Assembly (NCBI GenBank): GCA_043228905.1
Contig: JBHGNT010000739.1
Location: 1-16,549, forward strand
Direction of reading: 5' to 3'
Length of the DNA stretch: 16,549 nucleotides
Source of the DNA: Azolla caroliniana
Taxonomy: Eukaryota > Plantae > Polypodiophyta
Positions within the stretch are counted from its first letter, which is position 1. Each line of letters opens with the position of its first letter. A program made the translations under genes and the position numbers. Below the pieces are notes generated by a model. The model worked only from the letters and a program-made list of their open reading frames with translations. It searched no databases and was not told the origin of the DNA. Positions 1 to 9,256 of the stretch are shown one piece after another.

Positions 1-11
1 AAGCGGTTCGG

Positions 12-653
12 GTGAGTCGAGACGTAGTTTTCAACGGATCAGCATCATGGTATGAACCCTATTCAACTCCATCCAGCCCAACTGAGGAAGAGTTGGACGT
101 CAACTCGGATGATGATATTCGGCCAAGTCCTTTATCAAAGGACAATCCAAGCTCTACCGAGCTAACTGGACCACACAAGCCCTCAAGCATTCCAAGCACA
201 TCTCGACCATGGGCCGGATCGGACAAAGGCAAAGGTAAGATGCCCGAGTATAAAGTTGATCATCCCAACAAAAGTGATTTGGATGTGTCGGCTCACTCAT
301 TAGATAGTGAGTTTGGTGTACCCATTATGCGGACACTTGGAGTAAAGAAGGCGCTCACGTCGACAAACGAAAAACTCTAACACTCATCTCGAGAGAAGAA
401 CCCGGTCACTCAGTTCAGCTACAACAAGTATATGGCCCATCATTATGCCTTCACGATGAAGATGGGGGCCGAACAAGAGCTCAAAAGCTTTACAGAAGTG
501 GCTCATGACCCCCGAGCGATGGAAGCCATGGATGACGAGATGCAAGCATTCGGCCTTCAATCATTTACCACTACAAGCCTTCGTCACAGGCTTGAGCGGG
601 AGGAACCAAAACTGCCATGGAAATGCCGATGCCGAAAGTCAAACAAAAGCTGA
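12..653 (+). pseudogene. Copia pol remnant (integrase C-terminus/linker to RT entry) with a premature stop at 378-380 and no RT/RNaseH core
   Basis: ORFs 12..380 and 432..653 share one frame separated by a single TAA. No YVDD or RNaseH motifs occur before the PPT. Confidence 0.75.
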
Positions 654-704
654 CACCGAAAGCCGGATAACGCCGGACGCCTCACACTTGAGCTTGAGAG
701 GGCA

Positions 705-1108
705 GGTTGAGATATCAAGCTCAATTAAGTTTAGTCATTTAGTTACCTAGATAGAATCTAGTTAGTTTGTTTACCTTAAAGCCTTAAATAGGACCTTGTA
801 CTTAAGTGGGATACATTCTAGATCCTCCACTCCCAAGTACATTTAATATAGGACTTACACCTTTGTACCTATATTCTCCTCACACATGTGCACCCTTGCA
901 CATGAGATCTATATATAACTCATTGTGGGTATTTTTATATTTGATAATGTTTATTAATATAGAGAAAGGTTATCTAGCTACACTCTTGTTAATCATCCCC
1001 CATGCATCTTGTTGTTCATAAGTGTAACCTCCTCTCTCTCCTTCTCTCACACAAATACACACACATATCACATAATCTTTCGTTGCATAATCACATACGT
1101 GATCAACT
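705..1108 (+). repeat. Probable 3' LTR (~400 bp) of the copia element
   Basis: Begins right after the PPT with GGTTGA and ends TCAACT (GTTGA/TCAAC inverted termini; canonical is TGTTGA..TCAACA). Internal CTATATATAA TATA-like box at 909-918. Boundaries approximate. Confidence 0.6.
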
Positions 1109-1179
1109 ACTTACATAATTAGACACCAATTAACCCATAGTTAATTACCTAATTATTAACAAGAATCTAAAATATTACT

Positions 1180-1470
1180 TTTGTTTTCTTTATTTTCCCC
1201 AATTGCCCCTAAAATCTTGTTATTCCCCCTAAATGTCCGTGACCATATAATTCCTGATAATACATATAATTTGACTATATGATTGCTTAAATAAAACTCA
1301 TAATTGAACCAAGGAGGGGATTTTCAAGGGCTTTTGGGGATATAACAAAAAATTATGAAAATTTGGACCAATCAAGGAAATAACAAAATCTTAGAGGCAT
1401 CTGAAGAAATAATGAAACCTAGGGGCATTTGGGTACATGAAGAAAAACTCGGGTATTTGTGAGTTTTTTT
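1180..1470. mobile_element. Foldback/MITE-like DNA-transposon remnant made of ~30-bp GGGGCATTTGGGNAAATAANAAAA sub-repeats
   Basis: 1181-1240 is an imperfect inverted repeat of ~1360-1420. A related fragment lies in the opposite orientation at ~12322-12402. Confidence 0.5.
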
Positions 1471-1714
1471 TGCCTAAGAAACCATAAAAATGGTGATTGA
1501 TGTTTCCTCTTCTACCTCCTGATTGATGACCCCCTTTGCCCTTTGTTGCAACTAGCTAGATATGTTGATCCAAGTTACCTAAATAAGCTAAGAATGTCAA
1601 AAACATTGTAGGAAACATGAAGGAGAGAGTGGATTCTTTTGTTTCACATTAGAAAATACATCTCAAAGAAATTCTTATGAATTTAAAACCATTTCCAAAC
1701 ACCAACACCCTTAC

Positions 1715-1839
1715 TTGTAGAGGATGCATTTTTCGCCCAACTCACTTCTGCCATGAATGTGGCTATTCTGATGCAATACACAGCCTTTCCCCAATTTCAC
1801 TTGAGACCCAACTGTGCAAAAAGGTCCAATAGTTACATC
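1715..1839 (-). CDS. LPXA: LpxA-like UDP-N-acetylglucosamine O-acyltransferase, exon 2
   Basis: tttcag|GAT...TACAA|gtaag splice sites. Encodes DVTIGPFCTVGSQVKLGKGCVLHQNSHIHGRSELGEKCILY, hexapeptide (left-handed beta-helix) repeats matching the plant LpxA N-terminal region. Later exons lie outside the window. Confidence 0.88.
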
Positions 1840-2367
1840 CTGAAAAATCAAAACGAGATCAATTAAAATCCAAAGCAAAGAACAAAAATAATAAGACATT
1901 TAAGCCAAGGAATTTTTAACTCAATCGCATTCAGTCAAGAGAAATAAATCAACCCAAAAATATTAGAATCAAGAAAGATTTAAACAAAGAAAACTAAACC
2001 AAAAAGATAAAAGGCCCATAAAGAATTAAAGCCCAACAAAAAGACTAAAACCTAAATATTGAACCAAAATTTTTAATAGCGCCCATAAATTTGACCCAAG
2101 AAATTTCAAAACCAAAAACTATTAACTGGAAGAAAAAAGGTGAACCCAGAAAAATAAAATAAACAATGAAAATAAGAGTAAAAACCAAAACAATGAACCA
2201 AGAAAGAAAAAGAAACACGTTGAACCCAGGAAGAGAAGCACAAAATGATCATATAGACTACGCTCGGGATTTTAACCAAAGGGAAATTAAACCCTCAAAG
2301 AAGATACACACACACAATCAATCAATCAATCAACATTAAAAGGGCGGGATTTTCTCTGTTTTCTTAC

Positions 2368-2490
2368 CTCGGAGATGGAAGCGTCTTTGTGTATTATAGC
2401 TGAAGGATGAATGGAGGTACTAAAGAAGTAACCTATTCTTGTCTGCAGATTCCTTGACATGGCACAGCGAATCTCTCTTCGAAACACCAT
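2368..2490 (-). CDS. LPXA: LpxA-like gene, exon 1 (likely mitochondrial presequence plus first hexapeptide repeats)
   Basis: ATG at 2490, 41 codons MVFRREIRCAMSRNLQTRIGYFFSTSIHPSAIIHKDASISE, GAG|gtaag donor in phase 0 joining exon 2 in frame. IHPSAIIH is the typical LpxA start motif, and the leader is Arg/Ser-rich. Confidence 0.85.
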
Positions 2491-2526
2491 ATTGGGTTGG
2501 ACCTTATGCGGATTCTTCCATTCAAG

Positions 2527-2533
2527 ATTTATA
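2527..2533 (-). promoter_or_regulatory. Candidate TATA box of the LpxA-like gene
   Basis: TATAAAT on the minus strand about 37 nt upstream of the ATG. Confidence 0.35.
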
Positions 2534-2612
2534 AGGCCGTGTCGATTTTGCGGTTTAAGAAATAAGAATAGATTAATTATAGATAATATTATTGGAAGCT
2601 TCTGATATCAAT

Positions 2613-2684
2613 GGTTCCGTAGTGTAGTGGTTAGCACATTGGACTTTGAATCCAATAACCTGGGTTCGAATCCCGGCGGGACCT
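2613..2684 (+). tRNA. tRNA-Gln (anticodon UUG), cytosolic type
   Basis: 72-nt cloverleaf: acceptor GGTTCCG/CGGGACC, anticodon arm TTGGA-CTTTGAA-TCCAA (TTG at 2646-2648), T arm CTGGG-TTCGAAT-CCCGG. Plant-type CAA initiation motif at 2609-2611 and AT-rich upstream region. Confidence 0.96.
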
Positions 2685-2732
2685 GAATCTGTCTAATTGT
2701 TGATGAATTTACCCTTACTAGTAGTGCTCCTC

Positions 2733-2737
2733 TTTTT
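2733..2737 (+). terminator. First oligo-T Pol III terminator after tRNA-Gln
   Basis: T5 run about 49 nt downstream of the tRNA, followed by further T4-T5 runs. Confidence 0.55.
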
Positions 2738-2774
2738 GCTTTTCATTTTTGCCTCTTCTCTTTTGAAGATTTGC

Positions 2775-2932
2775 ATATATATGTACTATATATATGTGTG
2801 TGCATGTGTATACATGTATGCTTATCCTAGCAAGCTAAAGCTATATATATTTATATGTGTATGTTGTATGCTTATCCTTGCGAGCTATATATATTTATAC
2901 GTGTGTGTGCATGTATGTTTATACTAGCAAGG
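2775..2932. repeat. Degenerate ~48-50 bp tandem repeat with TA/TG microsatellite stretches
   Basis: Three copies of GTATG(C/T)TTAT(C/A)CT(A/T)GC(A/G)AG near 2816, 2866 and 2913, separated by (TA)n(TG)n. Confidence 0.7.
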
Positions 2933-3904
2933 TATGGTAGCACTTCCATGTCTTCGTGTGATGCGTGACAATGTACATGTATAAACCGTAACCAACAGTT
3001 GTTGTATGTTGGTTTTCGTATATTATGGTGTGGCAATGTGAGACACACTTGCATTGTTTTCCTATGTTTGATTTTTGTACTGTTGGTGGTTATCACATTG
3101 GACTCTTCCCGATCCGATTATACACTTGACCATTGGAATTCTTCCCCTTGCCTTGTTTCCAAAGAACTTTGCAATTTTCGTATTGGATCGTACAAGAAAT
3201 TAAAGCTTCCATTCTGTCAACTACTTCTCATGGCGTGCATGCTTTTGTTCTTTTGTGGCTATTCTTTTATGTTCCACGTGTTTTTCTGAATATGTGATTA
3301 ATCGTGAATTAAATCTTTATATCTTATGATGGTAAAGATTCTTTTACGTTGAGGAATTTGTTCCCCTGATGGGAACACCCATGACCATAAGAAGATGTGG
3401 AAGTGAACATATAAAAGATTTGTTCATGTCATGGAAATTGTTTCCTTGTCCAAACAACTTGGCAAAAAAAATTGTGTCTTTTTTTTCATGAAAAAATATC
3501 CTCCATTGATGTTAAAAGTAAAGTGGGCAGAGGCCATATACAACGTAGTCTAATATATACAATCAATGTTGTAAAGTCATGCTGAACGATCCTAGGCAAT
3601 CTTTATAGGTAAAGGTAACGAAGAAAAAATTTGTGTGCCTTGAAATACAAAAAGATCCTCACATAAGAACCCCCAAGGCCATACACATTCATCATATATA
3701 CCAAGTAGAAGCATAGGAACCACTTATATGGCATTACCTATGTAATGGACATTAAGGCAAAATACACATTTATTGTATATAAACTACAATAAAAGTAGAA
3801 ACGTAGGAACTACAAAAAGAGCATAGAATTTTCACCATAAAAAGTCTAACAACACTTTTTATTCGGATATTGGTCTTAATAAGGGTGTTTTGGCCATAAA
3901 TTTG

Positions 3905-3974
3905 CTACTTCACAACAATGACTGGGCATGGAGCATGGTGGACAACATAATTGCTCACGCTTCCGAGAAGAACT
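3905..3974 (-). CDS. Universal stress protein A-like gene, exon 4 (last)
   Basis: ttgcag| acceptor; encodes (R)VLLGSVSNYVVHHAPCPVIVVK* with the USP C-terminal motif; stop TAG at 3907-3905. Confidence 0.92.
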
Positions 3975-4082
3975 CTGCAATTGACAAAACATGTATAAGG
4001 TCATTAAAGTTTTCACGAAACATCCTTGAACCATATATTGAAGTGTCATTGTACTACTCCCTCACATGGTTTAATCCACAAT

Positions 4083-4420
4083 CGTTAGAGTCTAACTAAT
4101 TAATTAAGCAAAACATAAAGAATTTATTGACCAAGAAATAAAAGAAGGGTGCCAAACCACACGACCACTAACGATGGCATGAGACGAACCCGAACCTAAT
4201 GTCCCATACCATCGAGGGTTGATGCGAGTCGTACCGTGGATTTAGCGAGGATCGCATGTGCTTAGCTAACAAGAGCCATAGCCACACTATCATTGTCTCA
4301 ACACAAGTCAAGCCTCCTTGATAGGAAGGTAGCTAGAAGTAGTTCCTTATATATGCAAAAACCCTAGGTCCTAGTGTGTTCACACTTGACTGCTTTATTT
4401 GAAGTGGTCTATTGATAACA
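4083..4420 (-). mobile_element. Solo-LTR-like insertion (~340 bp) in USP intron 3
   Basis: Termini (C)GTTA...TAACA, close to canonical TGTTA..TAACA. Minus-strand TATATAAG near 4350 and AATAAA near 4125; more GC-rich than the flanking intron. No clean target-site duplication and no PBS. Confidence 0.45.
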
Positions 4421-5292
4421 CACTTAATAGTGATCCCACACCGTAGAAATGAATATTACAATTCATATCCTCGTCCCTTTCATAATTAACCAGCACATAC
4501 TCATTATAAGATTAGTACAAACTACAGAAAACCTATCTCATGATGGCACCTTCATATATTTAAGAACTAATTCCCAAAGTAAAACTTAAATTTGCAAGGT
4601 ATGCCTTTCCTTGATACACATATAGAATATGTGTTATGTGTTTATATCTTAAAGATTGCAGAGGTTTTTTTCGGTGGCTATTCATAATACCTTTCGAAGT
4701 CTAAAGAATCTATTTCCCAAATCATTGAGTGAAATGAGTTATACCTAACAATAACATATCTCACATGTGGTCATACTTAGTACTCATATGTTTCTATTCT
4801 CTTGTCGTGCTTAAAGAGAGGCATCACATTCAACAAAAATATTCAAATCTCTTGTTTATTCATTATTTATTTGTTAGCATTCCCTTATAAGCACAATGCT
4901 ATTGTTTTCAATCTTTATATCGAAAATTTGGTCTTTATATGTTTTTTAGAAAACATGTCAAATAAATGTTGCAAAGCAAAAGCTTGATCACTACATCACC
5001 ATGTTTGTATATTTAAATGCTAGAAGTATGATAAGGTAAACGTTTGAATACGTAATCAATCACGACTCGTGAGTGAAGACATTGATTTTATACTTAATCT
5101 AGTGTCTTGGTATTGAGACAAAATCATAGACAATGTGCCTAATTAGCTATTTAACTCTTATATGAAATGACACATGGATTAAAGATATTATTGATGATCA
5201 TATTGAGACAAAATCTCGAGTCTACCCATATTCCTCCATTTAAAAATGCAAGGCACTTGGGATTATACATCAATAGTCTACTTAGATGTTAC

Positions 5293-5411
5293 CTTTTAAT
5301 AGTTCCTTGTCCTCTACTACCCATTACTAAGGTATGTAGAGGTATTTTGTTTGTTGCTTCACATATCTTTTCAGATGGATCACCCCAATAAATTTTCACG
5401 TGAATGATCAC
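5293..5411 (-). CDS. Universal stress protein A-like gene, exon 3
   Basis: tttttataag|GTG...AAAAG|gtaac. Encodes VIIHVKIYWGDPSEKICEATNKIPLHTLVMGSRGQGTIK(R) with the YWGD and VMGSRG motifs. Confidence 0.92.
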
Positions 5412-5970
5412 CTTATAAAAAGACAAATTACCTTTAGAAAATGATTGCTTATAGAGAAACAAAATCATAATGACAAAACACTAATGTGTGCAAGTTCTAT
5501 ATGCTAAGAAAACATGTTCTAGCTTGGTTGTCAAGTCTAAAAATCTATAAAACTCGAATAACATAAATTGGGTGATAAATCACTTTCAACTTTGTTGGTC
5601 ATTGTTTACTGTCTAATGTCATGCATGCAAACACCCCACACACACACGTGCTAAACATGAGGACACCTATGTATGAAGTGTAGCCTTTATACACATCAAG
5701 TGCAAAATTTTGCTCAAATATATTAAGGGAATTGGTGATACCATATACATATTTATTGTTCCTATTGGTTTATTTAATTTTGAATGTTGTATCCATGTGC
5801 CATGTATATGGATAATCTCTCTTCAACCTTCTGTATGCTAGAGTGAACCATGGTTTGTAAAAGTTAAATGTTTATGATTTCTCATGAATATGTAATATAC
5901 ACAACTTTGCATCTAATAGTAGATTGCATGCCCAAAACAAAACTTATTTGAGTCTTAAGTCACATCTTAC

Positions 5971-6080
5971 ATCCTTATGGAGATTGAGATTATCAAGGTG
6001 CGTAATGACTTGGTTGTCTATAGTAATTGCATAGTCCTTTTGAGTCTTTGGATCTTTGAACTCAGCAAATGGAATAAGTG
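5971..6080 (-). CDS. Universal stress protein A-like gene, exon 2
   Basis: ccacag|CA...GAT|gtaag. Encodes (P)LIPFAEFKDPKTQKDYAITIDNQVITHLDNLNLHKD; phases agree with exons 1 and 3. Confidence 0.9.
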
Positions 6081-6168
6081 CTGTGGATATGAAATCTATA
6101 ATCAACTTATTTGGAAGCATGATATGTATCTACAAAAATATAAAGCAACAATTTAGCATATTACTTAC

Positions 6169-6340
6169 GTGAACCGCGATCTACCCATAAAGTCTTCACA
6201 TGGATGGCTGGCTCAATACCCTTTGGTTGCACTATTATGATAATTACACTATCACCATCTCTAATTAAGTTTTCTATAGCCCAATGCAAAGCATTTTTGC
6301 TATTCGGTGAGAAGTCAATAGCTACCCCAACATTTCTCAT
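6169..6340 (-). CDS. Universal stress protein A-like gene, exon 1 (whole gene 3905..6340, 156 aa)
   Basis: ATG at 6340; MRNVGVAIDFSPNSKNALHWAIENLIRDGDSVIIIIVQPKGIEPAIHVKTLWVDRGS then C|gtaag. The four exons sum to 471 nt without a frame break. Confidence 0.92.
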
Positions 6341-9256
6341 ACTTTGTCTCCCTAGTTTACCTATTATTTATGATGCTCTCGTTCCATGGCTTCAACATTC
6401 CTCTTTATAGAGCGTCCTTATGAAGTGCGAAATGAATGCATTCATATGTGAACCATACATATCCCATTAGCATCACTATGTACATGTGCAAGTTTGAGTG
6501 GCAGTGAATAGGACAAAGAAATCTAGAACAAATCTATTATGACTTTTACTATAACAATTGTACGTGCATCTTTGAGTGTACATGCCTCAAGAATATAGTA
6601 GACGTAGTCCTTGCCTTACCTTCAATATGGAACCTATATGTGCATGCGTGTGTATATATCACTCAAAGAATAAACAAGTTGACAAGAATGAGTAAAAAAG
6701 TATTCTACATGAGTGACGGTGTAAAGTATCCTTAAAGTGATGGACTTCAAATGTTTTGAAGTATACCAAATACATCCACATAGCCACAAACAAATTAAAA
6801 CAAGTGTAAGCGATGGACAAATAGTTATTCAAGTTGTTTAACATAATAATAATCTCGATGAATGACAACTAACATTTCCCTTTTAATGATTCCGGCCAAG
6901 TCGATCCTTGGCCTTCTCACGAATGGTGTTGATTTATTGATAACACACACATATAGTTGAATATTTATTTTGTATTCATGCATGTCTATATGCCCAAATA
7001 TAAACAAGAACTCGAAAATACTCAACCCTCCCCCCAAATGGCCCTATGTTTCATTATTTCACCAAATGTTGTTGATAAACCCTTGAACTTTGGAAGAGAA
7101 TTTGAATATACTTTTGTGTTGAAAGGTACACAAATCAACTAAGTATAGAAATGATAATTCTACCCTACTTTGACAACATAACAATAGAGTTACTGAAATT
7201 ATTATCAAGAAATCGTCGCTAAGATAAATTTCCAGACTAATAAGGATTTTAACAAGAATGGATATATTGCTCATGTATTTAGTAATGAGTTAGTTTGATT
7301 GGGTGGAAAACAAGTACTAACCTTGATAAACTTTAAGCAATAAAAAATATATGGGAAATTTTATTGCAATGAAGAGCCTTCTTTTTGAAAGCCATGTACC
7401 TATACGAGAAATACTAGAATTTTGTGCAGATTTGTTTAATTTCATCCATCCAAAATAAAATTTAAATGGAAAATTAGCTTGATTGCTTAAGCTATTGCAA
7501 CAACAACCCCCTAATGTGGCGATGTCTTGGTATTCCCTTCAACTTTCAGGATCATGTACATTAACTCCATACCAATCATGAAGCTTAGGCATCACAAAAT
7601 TTTCGCATTATGTTGTGTGATGCTCGATGCATCAAAAAGATAAAACTCACCTTCATTTTGGGCTTGTCCACTCAACCTATTTACATTGAGGAAATACTCA
7701 CACCTTCGAGGTGTCAATTGACTACCTCAAATGATCTGCCAAATCTCGAAGATATAGTCCCAAAATCTTATGAGCAATCAGACCACATGCGGAAGCGAGC
7801 ACCAATTGTTAGTCCTCACATCGTTAAGGTGGTGTCTAGGGGTGAGATTCCAATCATCGCTCTCAATATAAAGTCTTCCAAGCAAAACGAAAATAAAGCA
7901 TGTCAATTGTGTTGCATGATATACCATTATTTGCGATCACACTTGAACAAATGCATTCATGTTCAGCCCTGAATGATAACCACCAGGTAGCACAGCAGAA
8001 GAATGATGCAATCTATTCATACACGTCAAAAAGTTGATCCTTGCCAAGCAAATGCCAAACCGGCAATGGCACTCAATCCTCTCAGTAATGGAACCCTCCA
8101 ACATTAAAAACTATACAACTTATGCCAGATATTCAAGGGGAGATCCAGGCAGAGGGAGCCACCAAGCGTTGGAGAACTGCAAGCAGGACCCAATCTTTTC
8201 TTTTACAATTGAGGAACATTTTGTAACTTGAGATAAGAAGTACTATGTAGTGAGAATGGAACTCATGAATTCTGAATTTTTTACGCTTACTGGGCAAGGG
8301 CCTAACCACTAGGTCAACTCCCCCAGACTATCCATATTTGCAATAAATACTTTCACAGATTTTTGCCCATTTGACAATATTTGCCAAATGTGTACTGAAC
8401 TTGGCCAGTTCTTGACAGCCTTACAAATAGTAGTCTTTCGTATAGATATTACCAACTCACAAACCCAACGCACCCTCAATTCTCTCCAAACATAAATTAT
8501 AGCATCATTGCATCTCCAAATATAAGGGAAATTTCTTATGGAGGATGGTGGTCCCACCAAGCATTTTGCCAATAAAGCATTTCTTCTCACTTTCTCCACG
8601 CATCTTTACTTGTTTGACGGGTCGATGGGTCAGAGTTTCTATATTTCTAATAGCCACATTTAGGTAGAAATAGTTCATCGCAACTCGAAAACTTGCCAAA
8701 TGTGTGCTTTACTATCCCTGATACCTAGGGGCCGGTTCAAACAGCCACCCATTATTATCGTTGAGAAAAGAAGTCACATTACTCTCTATCCACGGCAAGA
8801 GGTTATCATAGAGAATATGATGGGGCACAAGTTGTACTTGCCCACATGGCATATATCCAGAACATGAATGCTAGCTCTGTACTTTGTCCACCAGATGAAA
8901 ACTTGTCCATTCCATTTTTGCTATCGCCAATGAATAATATGTCCCAAATACATTGAGGACAATGTGCAGCCACTTAGTCTCAACCTAGCCTTATTGTGAG
9001 TGATGCAAAAACTTGGCCTGACACTACATCCACATAGTGTCAAATACAAAGGGTGTGCCTTACACTACGTCCACACTCCGAAGGAAAAAAGCTTTGAGTG
9101 ACACCCTTCGGCTGACACTAATATCATCTTTGTACCACAAACACAACCTTCATTAGAAAGTCTAAGGAAAAAAGCTTTAAGTTTTACTAAGAGTCTCTTT
9201 TCTTTGTGTGTTTTGAGTGTTCAACACAAAATGAATGCACATTCTCATTCATGTCA

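Larger units (their letters stand above)
1..1108 (+). mobile_element. Decayed Ty1/copia LTR retrotransposon, 3' portion (continues left of the window)
   Basis: The frame of ORFs 12..380 and 432..653 reads VSRDVVFN (copia post-integrase SRDVxFxE motif), a Ser/Pro/acidic linker, L*HSSREKNPVTQFSY (RRSxR..P.RY-type linker) and ELKSFTEVAHDPRAMEAMDDEMQA (EPxSFxEA..W..AMxxEM motif just before RT). Then a polypurine tract GAGAGGGCA (696-704) and an LTR-like segment. Confidence 0.85.

Noticed and set aside
2700-2737. Dicistronic tRNA-snoRNA (C-box-like TGATGA about 16 nt after the tRNA)
   Set aside because: The box is TTGATGA rather than RTGATGA, and no CTGA D box occurs before the T5 terminator.
7610-7972. 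120-aa plus-strand ORF
   Set aside because: No recognisable motif and no supporting gene structure.
8309-8699. Downstream DYW domain or LINE remnant
   Set aside because: No HxE/CxxC/DYW motifs. The IWRCND resemblance to LINE C-termini is too short to support a call.
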